A program made the translations under genes and the position numbers. The notes beneath the pieces were generated by a model. The model saw nothing but the letters and a program-made list of their open reading frames with translations, ran no database searches and was not told the origin of the DNA. Shown here in pieces: positions 10,693 through 24,130 of a stretch of DNA of 64,000 nt (position 1 is the stretch's first letter; each line of letters opens with the position of its first letter). The DNA lies in the NCBI RefSeq assembly GCF_006345805.1, contig NC_042997.1, positions 72,726,001-72,790,000 of the forward strand, read 5' to 3'. Source of the stretch: Octopus sinensis. Its lineage: Eukaryota.

Positions 10693-13600
10693 ATGGATTA
10701 CATTTATGTTGGTTGTTTGAATGTGCGCGGCTGGGAGCAGACTGGAAGCAAGGTCGCTTCCTGCATGATATCAGGTCGCGTAATTTAGATGTTATTGTTG
10801 CTACAGAAATCCGGTTAGAGGGGCCAAGAGGTCTACTCCCGCTGTTTGACGGCTACGAGAGTTTTTCTCTCCTGGCAGTCCTACAGGCGGGAGTGGGGTG
10901 TTGGTCCTATAAAAAGAAACCGGGTTTCTGAGAAAAAGTTAATTTTTGCAGATCCAGAAGGTAGGCTGGTCGTCATGGATTTGACGTTCAGTAACGGTAA
11001 AGTTATCAGACTGGTTGCAATTTACGCACCCAACCATACAGGGCAAAGTGATTATTTTCGTGAACTAGAAAACTTTCTTGGTACTTCGCATTCATTAGTG
11101 GTGCTAGGAGACTTTAACACAATTTGCAAAGCGGATGTAGATTTGTTGGCTCGTGTCCAGATAGAAAAGGTAACAGTGGCTTCATGGAACTGCTAAGCCG
11201 CTTTGAGCTAGCAGATCCTTATAGGCTGGAATTTCCGAACGCTCCATTGTGGACATGGTCAAACAGCGACGGATCTTCCAGGTCATATTTAGATAGAATA
11301 CTAATTAGAAAAGTAGACAGTAAAATAGCTAAGTGTCCACAGTTTTACCCGATCAGCTACAGTGATCATAAAATGGTCACTTGTAAGCTTGACATAGATA
11401 AGGTTAAAAATAGAGGATCCGGTTACTGGAAACTTAATACGTCCCTTTTGGCGATTAAGGAGTACAAAGACCGGATTAGGAATATAATTCAGAGGGCACT
11501 ATCTGGTACCATCATTAATAACAAATGGTGGTACGCCCTCAAACGAGCCATCAAGTTTGAGTCTATTAGATATAGCATAGGAGTAGTGGCTAGAGAGGCT
11601 AGAAGGGAAACTACTCTAGTTAAGGAATTAGAGGAAGCCATGAAAACTGGCTCTGCGGCTCAGGTGGCGTCCAAGAGACTGGTGTTAAACCAGCACCTCG
11701 AGGCCAAACACATGGGCTGCATTGTCAGGGCTAGAATCCGCCATATGGGATGTGAAGGAATCAACGCCGTGAGATGGGCCCGAGTGGTGGAAGCTCGGCA
11801 TGGTAACGATGCCACGATTCGATCTTTGACGAACCAACAAGGTGAGTTGATAAACGAACCCGAGGAGATGTGTGAGGCCTTTCAGGAGCACTTCGCTCAG
11901 CTTTTCGGTGAGTGCGGCGGACTGGATAGGAGGAGGGCCTTTACGGACCTACTCGACGGGCTGCCGCGCTTATCGGGGCGAGATGCGGAGGGCTGTGAAG
12001 GGCCAATCACGCCTGAGGAGGTGGTTGAGGCAATGGCGGACTGCGGCGCGGGCAAGGCGCCGGGTTTGGATGGTCTACCCTATGAGTTATATAAGAGTAT
12101 GCCAGACTTGTTCGGGCACCTACTGGCGGAGGTCTATGCGAACTGGCAGCAGAACGGGCTTATACCCAGATCTGTGCGCCGGGGAGTAGTGACTCTCGTC
12201 AGAAAGGACCCGAGCAAGGGGGAGTGCATTGATAATTTCAGGCCCATCACTCTGCTAAACACAGAGTTGAAGATTTTGGCCAAAGTGTTATCGAAAAGAT
12301 TGGCGCGTGTCGCGGATGGTCTGATCGGAGAGGCACAGACATGTGCCGTTCCGGGCAGATCCATTCAGGATAATCTCCATCTAATGCGGTACACTATAGA
12401 GGGGTTTAATAGTGATTCTGGCAAGGGTGGGGCACTGGTCCATTTAGACCAATCTAAAGCTTTTGATAGGGTCGACCATCGTTACCTGGTATCTGCCCTG
12501 GCACAGTTCGGGCTGAGCCTTGGCTTCCTCAGGTGGATTATCCAAATTTATGATAACATCGACTCGGTAGTTCGGGTGAACGGCTTCTTGTCGAAGCCGT
12601 TCAAAATCAAACGCTCGGTTCGTCAAGGGTGTCCGCTCTCCCCGCTTTTGTACGTGATGGCTCTTGAGCCATTACTGCGAAAACTGAGCGGCATCCCGAG
12701 ACAGCCAGGTAATGGAAAATCAGTGTCAGCGTACGCGGATGACATCACCATCATCGTAACCGAAATGGACCACCTATGTAAAGTAGGCAAGGCCATAGAG
12801 GTTTACGAGACGGTGACAGGAGCAAAAGTTAATCGCGAAAAGTCAGTCGGCTTGCAACTCGGCACCTGGAGAGGCAAGTCGATGCCTCCTGACAGCGTCG
12901 TGGGACGTTGGACGGAGGGTCCGATTAAACTGCTAGGGGTCTGGTTCGGTCCAGACCTCCAAATAGAGAAGAATTGGGGCGAGGTAACGAGCAAGGTGGC
13001 TGCAGTAGCCAAGACCTGGTCTTGGCGGTGGCTATCCCTGAAAGGGAGGGCGGAGGTGGCCAATGTGTTTATCGCATCGGTTATCACCTACCGCCTTTCC
13101 GTCGTTCCTTGCCCTGATTCGTGGTTGATCAAGTTGGAAAGACAGCTCTTCTACTTCTTGTGGAAGGGCGGGAAACACTTGTGAAACGCTCTACTTGCTG
13201 TCAACAACCGTTAAAGGGTGGGCTAGGGATGCCTTGGCTGATGATGCGCAGACATGCGCTGAGGTTAAGACATCTGTGGCTCTACCTGGATGGTGAACGG
13301 GTGTGGTCTTCGCTAGCAAAACTGATGTTTCCCAAGTTCACTAGTTTCGGTGGATGGGAAACCTGGCTGAATCGTAGATCGAAACTTGGTACTTGGTACA
13401 CGGAGTGTCGCAAGGCTCTCCTGCTATTCCGTCGCTCGGGCAACGCCTGCGGTGGGGGTTCCACCACATTCTTCTATAGAGGGTTGGTAGAGGCGGAATG
13501 TGAAGATACCTTGGGGGAAACCCTAGGTCTCGACGATAATCAGCTGGCCAGTCTGTTCCGACGTACGTTCGAGCCGAGGACACTGGACAACTTCCAGAAG

Positions 13601-14083
13601 TCTCTGGCATGGCAATGCTACAGAGGAGCTCTACCTGTTCGGGATAAACTCGCAAGGCACGGTGGCCAAGACAGTCCGATATGTCCAAGATGCGGGCGGG
13701 ATAGGGAAACCGTCCCGCACGCTATTGTTCATTGTCCGGACGTGTCTGAGGTGTGGGTTTATGCCGAACAGCTGTTGTCAGGTACACGAAGAGTACAGCT
13801 GTCGACTGAGTCGATTACAAAAATTGACCCACCGGATTTCCTCGTGAATGAAGGTAAGTTTCGTTTTCTCGTTGTAGTAGCAATTGCGAAAGAGGTGATA
13901 TGGAAGACGAGAATGAAAGGTTTACAGTCAGGCAAGTTCATCTCCGGCCCTGGTTTGATGAATTATTTCATCTTTCACCTGAAAAGGAAGATAGGGCTGG
14001 AGAGAATATGCCTGACTAGGAGAGTGTATGAAGAACGATGGAAGGATGTAGCACGAAAGTTGCGAGTGAAAGATACAACATAA
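10693..14083 (+). CDS. ORF2 of unit B: APE endonuclease, reverse transcriptase and C-terminal zinc finger; about 4 frameshifts
   Basis: Motifs: GCLNVRG, ATEIRL, IYAPN, LGDFN, SYLDRI, SDHKMV (APE); GSGYWKLN, KAPGLDGLP, NFRPITLLN, LDQSKAFDRV, VRQGCPLSP, AYADDIT (RT); CPRCGRDRETVPHAIVHC. A 686-aa stretch is stop-free. Confidence 0.92.
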
Positions 14084-14340
14084 ATGTAATACCAAGCGCA
14101 ACCAAAAGTATCAGTGGGGAGGCGGGGCTCGTGGGGTCCGAGCTAAACCCGCACCCACTCCACCCGTAATGTCTTCCGGTCTGTCCCATCATTCGATTTC
14201 TGTCCATTTATTGTAATTCATGAAAATTTTAAATCCGATTTATTGTAAAAACCCACTCGTTTGTCTGACCCCATCATCAGATTGTATTGTCCCATCTATG
14301 TTCGCCCCTTGTGGGTAATAATAAAACAACATGGAGGAAA

Positions 14341-14642
14341 GCACCTTCGAAAAGTGTCTTGGTGCGACTATGAAAGATATCTAATCAGAGGCGGTAAATT
14401 CGCCACAATAGAAATAAGGTTCGAGTCAACGGAGCGTGCAAGGGAGTACTCGACTCGAACTTGCAAAGTGGAAATATTTTATTTTTACTTTTATATCTGG
14501 GACGTAGGACGTCCCGGAAAAAAATTTAAAATGCCCCCCCCCCCGAAGTAGAGGTAGGCTGGATTGTAGCGACCCTTCTATTCAAAAGAGAGGACAAGAT
14601 ACAATTGATCGAAATTACAAGAGACGGGCTAACAATTCCAGT
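14341..14642 (+). pseudogene. Right piece of interrupted Tx1-like ORF1 (host element C)
   Basis: Continues directly from ATGGAGGAAA as STFEKCLGATMKDI..RGGKFATIEIRFESTERA, aligning with EIEKCLGDIMGKSTYVSRGKKFGTVEVR of unit A. Confidence 0.75.
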
Positions 14643-14774
14643 CTGTTATATATTTTGAGTATTGTTATCACTAGCGATATCAAGATATAACTTTGTATTT
14701 TGTATTTTATGTTTAGATGTATATATATAGATGTACATGTAATATGTACACATATATACATGCACTAGCACTAT

Positions 14775-14804
14775 GACCCGGCAACGACGGGTCTTTAATG
14801 CTAG
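14775..14804 (+). mobile_element. Helitron 3' terminus remnant
   Basis: Hairpin GACCCG-GCAACGA-CGGGTC, then 7 nt, then CTAG followed by T. Confidence 0.65.
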
Positions 14805-15115
14805 TATATATATATATATATATATATATAGGAGTAAATATAAGGATAAGCAAGATAAAGTGTTACACTTTTCTTCAACCCCTTTAATTCTTGATATCAT
14901 TTCTATTCTGTGTATGTCGGACTTGTTTGTATGTAAGCATATATACATCTTTTGCATTTAATGTATTAAATATTCTTTTTTTTATCGACCTACCTAGCTT
15001 ACTTATCCCTACATTTACTCCTCTACTCGCTCAAGTTTAAACCTTTTGAACACTACTAAGTGTATTCTATACGGAGAATATCTGATTCTAATTTGTGAAC
15101 TATTGTTTACCTTAG

Positions 15116-15133
15116 AGATGCTTTGAACTGAAT
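15116..15133 (+). CDS. Candidate 18-bp microexon (RCFELN), gene unknown
   Basis: tttaccttAG|AGATGCTTTGAACTGAAT|GTAAGT. Only frame 0 is open. Short-exon calls of this kind have a high false-positive rate. Confidence 0.25.
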
Positions 15134-15637
15134 GTAAGTCGATGTCTTTAAAACATAAGTTACTGGGAAGGGGACTGCAGAGAATTCATGATTTCTTGAA
15201 GAAGGATATGGAGGGGCGGTCGATAATAGCAGATTCAAACGTGAATATACTAATTGTTGTTGTATTTCGTCGTTGATGAACAATTTCTCCTTTCAGATGT
15301 ACGTGTGTTCATAAAACCCTCAGTTCATTAGAATAAGAGCACTTTGGGGCACCTGGTGCTTCTACATCCTAGTGTCTTTTCAGTCAAAGCCAACCTGGAC
15401 TAATAGATGTAACAAATGTTCAAGGCTCTTGTTTATAACTTTAGCAATCATTCACGTTTGAATCTGCCCGAAACATATTAAGAATGAATATGCAAACCAC
15501 TGTTTAATTCTCGCTGTTCACTGTGCACTTGTTTTATTATTATTATTAGTGTAAAAATATCAGCATGTATCAGTAAATAATTTATTTACTGAAGTTATAA
15601 ACATGAGCCACAAACTCTTGTTAAATTCTTTATCCAG

Positions 15638-15731
15638 AAGTACCTTTGGCTGAGGAGATATACCAGATCCCTTTACGCTAAGGAGAAGTTGTTTTCCACT
15701 GACGGGGCATACGTAGATAACCGAGGTGAAG
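15638..15731 (+). CDS. Candidate exon (KYLWLRRYTRSLYAKEKLFSTDGAYVDNRGE), gene unknown
   Basis: ttctttatccAG acceptor, open in frame 0, donor GTATAT at 15732 (alternative GTGAAG at 15726). No family recognised. Confidence 0.3.
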
Positions 15732-16883
15732 GTATATAGAACCCATGCCGAAAAGTTGTACTTTATTTTTCTAAAATATTATGAAAAAATATTTATAAAA
15801 TTTTATATAATTTTGAACTTAAAACTTGTTATTAAAACAAATGGACGATAACTAAGTTTTCGACATGATAAATGTGAGAGACACTGACTTTGGTATGAAC
15901 TGGAATAAAATTATATCCTATATTTCGAAATTTGACTTCATTAAATCCTTGAATTTCTAACCTCATGCAACATCTTCCTCATATTCCTTATTTATTCTCT
16001 TCTGCATGTCCTCTTACAAAGGTTCTGCTTTATGTTTTGATAACAAGTCTTAACTTAAAAAAATAGAAGTCTCAATGTTTTACTTTTCAGTAAGACACAC
16101 ATGTTTTGATCGCTATCGTACTAAATTTTGTCGCCCAACCTTTTATTGCATTATTAGTTAGAGTTTCTTATATGAGTCTTTGTTTTTTTTCTTTTTCTTC
16201 ATATACATTCCACATTTAAGTTAGGTACTGTTTTGGGCGTGCTCGTTTTCTGCCGCGCGCAGAGTGTTCACATACATACGTTCTATTTAGGTAATCTGCA
16301 TAATCCTGAAATCGTTGACATCATTATCCTTTTCCTTATCCAGCCGATCCCACAATATTTATAAAGAATTAATCCCACAATATTTATAAAGAATTAGTGG
16401 GATAAAAACAGACAACTGCATTGTCTTCTTCATTAAATTAGATGAGGAATTCAACCTCTAACATAACTGATGATCGAAGACCTTCTATATTTGGAATTTG
16501 AAATGTTCTTGCTGTTCCTTTAAGATTTTGTAAAATGGCAAAGTGATTATCTTCTCATTTATGCTGCATGGAAACGTAAACAAGCGAAAATACCGCCCCT
16601 ACCACTTCTCCATGCATTTTCGAAGATGATAAAACATTTCTGAGACTACTTGACAGGTTGCGTAAATATACCAGATACATGACGCAAGAAGTAACGGAAA
16701 TTGTTGTTACTAGTAAATATAATGAAACTGTTTTTGGTGTCTTATGTTAATGTTTTGTAAAGGAAAGCGAGGACTTGATACTATTATGGGTATGAACATT
16801 TTTGCCACAACCGTTTTGGGGCAGTTTATTTCGCATCGTTGATCCGACGCTGTCTTATTTAGTATGAGACGACTTAATGCTTT

Positions 16884-17006
<123 letters not shown>

Positions 17007-19032
17007 GTATGTGTACATTTCTGTGCAAGTGTGTGCTTGCCTCCGGCTCCACAATGTACTGTCGTCATAGCAAGCTGAATGTCCAGGCAACTATGCCAAT
17101 TTGTCTCATTCTGTACTATTTTCTCATAAAATGAAACTACAAATCTGTCATGTTTTGGGAGATTACTCGTCCACATTAAAATCCGACTCCCATTTATCAA
17201 ACGCCGCAGTGATTGGGGTTCGAGTAATGCTGATATAGCTGAGTCATGTATATATTCAGAAGGCCCTCCCATATGAGTACAACAGGTTGTGTCGCCGTCA
17301 GTTCAACAACTTCGAATTTGAACTTTAATATAAGGGTAAAGTACTGCAGCTTCTTAATATGGCATGTGCTTCTATTCCTTGATTATTTCCAGTTCACAGT
17401 CTTACTGAAACTGCTCAACCAGTACATGTTTTCCTTTCATAGTATTTTCAGTAAGATTTATTCTTACTTCTATCTACTATGTTAAAAAAAAAAGTTATCG
17501 TAAAGTAGCTTATCTTTGTTTCATAGTAGGATTATAAATTTGGATTGTGTTGTAAGTAGGAAAAATTATTTACTTATGAAATATTACAATAAATGTCAAG
17601 AATTCAAACCCTCAGCACTTTCTATTTATTAACTTTGATTTTCAATATTCACTTTTATTTTCAGTTTTTTGGATTACACTACTGACAATTGTTTCAAATA
17701 TGTAGTTATGTTGTTTAATTGACCGTCACTTAGTTACACTGTCGTCTAATTGGCCGTCGGGCAGTCAAGCTATCTTTTGACTGTTCTGCACTTGTTTGGT
17801 TTCAGCTGAACCTAATTGTCACTCGGCTGGTTGTCACCCAAATTTCTGTCGCTGAATCGGGAAACTTGAACTTGATACACACAAGCACACACACGTGCGC
17901 ACACTCACGCGCACGCACATCATTATGTATATTTCTCTCAGTTACTATGCATATCCCTGTTAGCTAATCATCGTTCAACTAATTATAATGAACGTTGTCT
18001 ATCTAGCTAAATCATTTACGAAAATGTCAATTGATCAAATTACACCACATATAAAAAAATATAATACAATAAAAGAAAGGGAAAATTGAAAATACGATGC
18101 CATTTTACCGTGACTAATCTGGTGTGTAGGGAATAGTCACGCACAAACTAGTGACACATTGTATTTTGTAGTTTTCTTTCGAACGAAGTTTCAATGCGAT
18201 GAATTTAAAAGGATAAAGGATCGGTTCAATGTGGAAATGAGATAAGAGAAAACAAGTGGAATAATAATCTGCTTAATTAGAACTGTTCTGGGTTAAACAA
18301 CAGTAACCAGTTCACACTACATGACCCAAGAGTCAGAAAAAAATTATGCGAGTTAATTGCTCATTAACACTGGTGTTTCAATGTTAACATGGGTGCCATA
18401 ATTTCTTGTTTTCGCATCTAACACATTAAACTGTCGCACTAATTGCAGGAGTGTTAGAATTAGTCAAGCACGAATTTTTTAATTCAGAGTATTTTTTTAG
18501 TTTTGTGTGTGTGTTATTTCTGTATATCTTCAAGTTTTGTGGAGGGGGGAGGGAATTAAAGTGCCGGTAATTTTGAAGTTATAGCATCCACGCCTTCCCT
18601 ATGCTAACAGGATAAAGAAGGGTTATTGTGTCGTCAGTAAAAGAAATGGCTAACGTTTTGTTCAAAAGGTTTCATTGGATGAAACGTTGAATATTTTATC
18701 CTACGGCGCACTAATGTGTCTACGTTTCGGTGTAGTCACTTGATTTGCTAGACATAGCAACCAAATCCCCTTCAATACACGCCCAGCAATCTAAAAAAGA
18801 AAAAAGAGAATGTTAGAATGAGAACTGTAGTATTTCATATACTATGTTTGAAAAATTAAATACGGGATGATCTTCGCTGAGTTATAAACCTGCTCGATTA
18901 GGTCTAAACTAGTACAACGTAGTTTATTCGAATTTTAATAATTAAATAACCAAATCAGGTAATTATTTTATTGGGTTATATAATATATTCCAATCAAATT
19001 ATATCTATTTCTTAATGTATTTGGTGTTTCAG

Positions 19033-19111
19033 GAAAATGAAGAGATTGGCACTAAGGAAGCCATGTACATCATTGGTGAAAAGCATGGCTTTTCCAAAGA
19101 AAGAACACGAG
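19033..19111 (+). CDS. Calmodulin-like gene, first recognisable coding exon (ENEEIGTKEAMYIIGEKHGFSKERTR-E; first in-frame ATG at 19063)
   Basis: gtttcAG acceptor and GTGAGT donor. The phase 1 end joins exon 26582 in frame, at the position of calmodulin intron 2. Confidence 0.75.
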
Positions 19112-19299
19112 GTGAGTTATTAACAGAGAAAGGGAGACATTGATATTCTGTCAAATTTGAGACTGCCGAGACAAAAATACACCCCTAGAGCTTTTAGCTC
19201 TAACTTGCCTGGGGTTGAGTATTATTAACTTTATCAATCAAGTCTTGGGAAACATAAAAAAAATATGGGTGCACTCCTTTTTTCTCTCGATGAAAAAAG

Positions 19300-19910
19300 T
19301 GGGATGTTTTTTTTCTAAGAAAGCAATGGAAAAGTGCCAAAAAGTTTATGTTTTTTTTTTGAAGAAGAAGTTTAGCATAAAGAATGCATCGAAAAAATAT
19401 TAATAATACAAGGTGTGAGATTACAATGGCATATGAGGACTGTAAGAAAAATATAATACGTTGCCACGCAAATAATTTTGGTGGATACGAGATTGAACCT
19501 ATAGGGGCTGTAGCAGGGGGAACAGAAATCACTCGCTTTGATCTACTTATAAAAATGTTTTGACTAGATGGCAGTAAAGTTAGAGAATTACTTGTATCTC
19601 GTGACGTGGAGTTAAATGATGAAAACTTAATAAATTTAGAGCAGCAACGAATTTATGGTATGGACAATGGACAAGATGGAACAGACGAAACTATGACGCA
19701 AACAAAATAATTCTCCGGCAAAGATCTCGACGCTACATTTAGGATCTTTAAGAATTAAAGCAGATAATAATGATTGCAGATCCGAATGTAGATAGGATAA
19801 TGTAAGTCAAAAGATAAATTAAAATTGCAGTTGACTGTTCAATGAAGATAGAGAAACCAAGACAATCATTCTTTTTACAATATTAAGAGAACAAAATTTT
19901 TTTTTTCCAT
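19300..19910 (+). mobile_element. Degenerate pogo/Tigger-like transposase C-terminal remnant in intron
   Basis: DGSKVRELLVSRDVELNDENLINLEQQR (~19568-19650) and ADPNVDR resemble the Tigger C-terminus. Many stops; boundaries are approximate. Confidence 0.5.
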
Positions 19911-20247
19911 GTACTGACACCAGTCAAAATGTGACAAATCGATGTCAACTGAAAAAGGAAAGAATTTTACTTCATTTGCAGAAAATTTTGATGGCATCAA
20001 TCTCAGAAGGAGACCCACAAGGATTGTTTTATTTGGGTCAAAGGATCAGTGGGAATGTTTTACAAAAGATAGAGAGCGCAACTTGTCTTCAAGATTTCTA
20101 AATAAATAAAGCTCGAAAATGTAAAAAAAGTATAAAATCTTGTGCTTCTAATCAAAATATTTAGAAATTATAGGATCATAGATTTATATTTATATGAAAA
20201 GACAAGCAATAGATTTTTGCCTTATATATATATATATACACTAACAC

Positions 20248-20279
<32 letters not shown>

Positions 20280-22009
20280 TATTAAATGTATATTATATGT
20301 ATATTACACCAAGTGTAAAACAAAAACACGCAGATTTAGACAGGAAAAGGATGGATGTGTAATCATCATAGCAGGTTGAGTTATGAACATAGGCAATGGT
20401 CTAAGTTTATTAACATATGTGGTCTCAGCTTACAAAACAGTCTTGCCGTTTTGTCTTTTAAGCAAAAACAAAAGGCGCTTTTGTTGTCTATTCATACAAG
20501 GTTAGAATTTCAACTAGTTTGTTTAGGATAAGAGATAATAATTTGCTAAAAATATGTGTGCACTTACATAAATGATTAACCACCCCCACACTAAATTTAT
20601 AAGTTTCGATAAGGATAATGGCAGTAAATATAGAGAGTCAGAGTTGAAGTCCAACCAGCGCCGTATTTGCTTTTTCATCCCTGTAGAGTCGATAAAATAT
20701 GCATCAATTATATAGTCATGTCAATGTAATCAAATATACATTCCCACAAAATTTATGACCCGACGTTAATATAAGAAATCAATGAAATCAATATTTAATT
20801 ACGCCCCTTAGTGTTCTGAATTCAAATCTTGCCAAGGTGGACTTAGCTTTTCGTTCCTTTCTGAACTGTGTTTGATAAAATAAGTAACAATAATTATAGT
20901 GGACACTAAAAACTTTTAAAATTACATTCATAATCAGGACTAATCAAGAGTAATTGAAAATGCAATGGGCAATGAATGTGCTCATCAGCGGCACTGGGAC
21001 AATGCTGGACGTGTTGACGGGTTAGAACGCATAAATGAATCATAACTTAATCATTATTATGAAATATTAGAGCATGTAAATGAACACTGGCGTTATAACT
21101 AAAAAATAATGAACGGTGGTAGGGCGTGGTAATATTCATTCTCAAAAATCCTATAAGCTTCTTCAGTATTCTAAGGTCTGGTGATAACGGTTAGACTATG
21201 TTTCACTGACGAGCTCTAATTCAACAGAAACATGCCCGGAGTTGTGATTATATTGACAAAAGTCAGACTTAAACTCACTTCAAAGTATTATTTATATAGC
21301 TTGTCTCCCCAGAGTGTGCAATTTCAGTGAATATTCTCGAATCATTGCATCAAGTATGACCCTGTCGCAAACTGTTCCATAAGTATTAATCAAATACCGG
21401 AGTCTCTTATTTTGACTACAAACATTCTACTGAATTTCGGGTTTTGTGCAACTGTAAGAAATTAATGTTTGTGAATCTATTTGCACGAGAAATAATAGTT
21501 ATATGAGTGAGCACCTATTTATCACACGGGTTAAATATATATATATATATATATCTAAATTTCATATAAATATAAATCTGTGATCCTATAATTACTAAAT
21601 ATTTTGAGTAGAAGCACAGGATTTTATACTTTTTTTTTTACATGTTCGAGCTTTATTTATTTAGAAATCTTGAAGAAGAGTTGCGCTCCCTATCTTTTGT
21701 AAAAAATCCCACTAATCCTTTGACCCAAATAAAACAATCCTTGTGATTTTGCAAATGAACTATCCACAGAAGTTAGTCTCTTTTCGAACCAACGAAAATA
21801 TAGAACTTCTTAGCTATACATCTATATGACTCACTCATCTCAATGGTTATACAACTTATTCTCTGGTGCTTGTCATCTTTCGGCCCTAATGATAAGGATG
21901 GGTGGATAATGCGCATTACGTAAGACAATAGCACTGGAAAAGTATATGGTTAGTACCCTCTAGCAACATCACCTAAAGCAGAAGACATGGAGTATAAATA
22001 ATTTACAAG

Positions 22010-22790
22010 GTTTTCAGAGGTGAATATGTAGGACATGATTACAATGTAATGTATAGGGATGGTGGGGCTGGAATGTGTAGGGGTGGGGTAAAGAGGGAAG
22101 GGGTGACGATGAAGTGAGAGGGTGGGTAGGAGTGAAGATAGGAAGTAGGTGCCAGAGCAAGAGAGGAGAGGTGGGTGGGAGGAAGTAGGTGTGAGAGGAA
22201 GAGAGGAGGAGGTTAGATGAAGCAGGGAGGAGAGTTGAGCCCATGTGGCACAAAGGAGCGAAGAAAGAAGATTAATCCCTGCTTACGGCGAAGACAGGGA
22301 TCCACATGGCCCCTGAGCAAGGACAATCCGAACACAGACAGGTGTTGTAAAGAGTGACCGGTAGAGCGGAAATGGCCCGAAACCGGGGTGTCGTTGCCGA
22401 GTCAGATGTCTCGGAGGTGTTCCACGCACGAACCGGTCAGCCAAGCGGCGTCCAGTTTGACCGATGTATAGAGAAGGACAGAGAGAGCAGGAGATGCAGT
22501 AGATGACGTTGCTAGAAATGCAGGTGAAGGAGTCAGTGATATGATAGGGTCGATGATGGGTGCCTGTGAGGAGAGTAGTGTTGGAGAGGTAAGGTCAAGT
22601 GCGGCAGCGTGTGCGGGAGCAGGAGAACGAGCCGATTAGGGATGAAGCTGTAGACCAAGAGGTCTCGTAGGTTGTGGGCTCGTTTGAAGGAAGGGAGGAG
22701 TCGGTTAAGGAAGATGTGCGAAGTGGAGGGGTCGGACTGGAGTCGCCGGAAGGCTCGGAGAATGGTGCGTTTGAGAGGTAGGGTGGGAGA
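22010..22790 (-). mobile_element. Penelope-like element 3' fragment with GIY-YIG endonuclease
   Basis: Minus strand reads FTCISSNVIYCISCSLCPSLYIGQTGRRLADRF..EHLRDI..GNDTPVSGHF, followed by a pyrimidine-rich 3' tail. Confidence 0.85.
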
Positions 22791-23086
22791 TGAGGGGAAA
22801 CGGGAGACGGATGACGGTGGGGCGGGTGCGGGGGTGAGAGAGCAAATAGGTCATAGTGGGGCTGAACCAGAAAGCACGTGGTTGAAAAACAAGCTTCTTA
22901 ACCGAAACCACAATTGATTTTCACATGCTTGTAGTGTTTGAAAGAAACAGTATAGATTAAATCGACGCCTGTATGTGACGCACTGTTTCAAACATCCACC
23001 ACATAGGAAGGATGTAAAAATCAGTGTCAAAGAAATGATTTCTTATCAGAATATAAGATAGAAGAGAGTATGGCACACAGTTGTTT

Positions 23087-23117
<31 letters not shown>

Positions 23118-23849
23118 GGAGGGAGAGAAAAAAGAAAGAGAGAGGGAGAAAGATAAAGCGAGAGTGAGGAGAATGAAAGAGTGTGTTTCACAAATAGTTA
23201 AAATGTAGAAATTTTATGCTTTCTTCACTTTTTCCTGGCCCAAAGTACTTAGAATTGCACAAAGCAAAGTTGTCCTGTGACCTAATTATTCGAGCGTAGC
23301 AGCTGAAAAGATTTATATTTTTGACCTTAATTAAGATACAGGACTGTTGAAAACACTAAGCATTGTACTCCCTCTCTTTCTATAAACTGATGGTCTGGGG
23401 AAGAAGTAATTAACAACTAAATAAAAGCAACAGCAGCGTTAAATTTAGTAGGACGTGAATAAGTGATAAGTAGTGGTAAAGATCAATTCCTTTTCTGTTT
23501 TCAGTTCACATCCTTACGAAGACAACGATGATGAAATATACACTAATAATACATTGGAATCAGTTCTGTTGTCTGAAGTCCGCACACACACACACACACA
23601 CAATCACTGACCATGCGGAACAATGGTTTGTAATTGTGGTTGATGAAAATATTTTTAGTAGTGCTTGTAGTTGTAGCTAAGTAATAATGGCATAGGAGAA
23701 AGCAGTGGGTGTCAGCCTGAGTAGAATGATAAACAATTCAATATTTTGTGGTATTTAGTTATGTTCCTTTTCGTTCTGAGCTCAATAAAATTCCACCAAG
23801 TACAAATTTACTTTTCATTCTTCTGAAGGCAATGAAATATTTATAATAA

Positions 23850-24130
23850 TATTCGTCCGCCGTTGTCGATGATGACCAAAACATCATGTGGGAGAAGATG
23901 GATCGCGAGCATCCGATGTGTGCTGGGAAGGTTCTGCTGCAGGTCAGGAACTGATGATCTGCTGGGAATGAAGGCAAAAGGTTGACTCTGGACTTGCACA
24001 GCTCAGGGGGGGGGGTGCTCCTGCGAGCTTATTCGGTTCGTAGGTGACACCTCTGTTGATGCAGCTACACCAGGCAGGCTGGTTCTGTGCTTGCAAATAA
24101 AGCACTTACCAATTACTTGACAAGTTGATG
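23850..24130 (-). mobile_element. RTE-like LINE 3' fragment
   Basis: AQNQPAC..CINRGVTYE.. and LTCSRTFPAHIG..FSHM resemble the RTE C-terminal helix and C2H2-like motif. Confidence 0.55.

Larger units (their letters stand above)
9098..14326 (+). mobile_element. Unit B: full-length Tx1/L1-clade non-LTR retrotransposon
   Basis: 5'UTR with hairpins, ORF1, ORF2 (APE-RT-zinc finger), 3'UTR and A-rich end. Flanked by ACATGGAGGAAA at 9086-9097 and 14329-14340. Confidence 0.93.

Noticed and set aside
17700-17930. GC-richer stretch as the calmodulin-like promoter
   Set aside because: No transcription start evidence, and upstream exon candidates would place the promoter elsewhere.
19037-19111. ATG at 19037 as the start codon
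   Set aside because: It is out of frame with the EF-hand exons after splicing.
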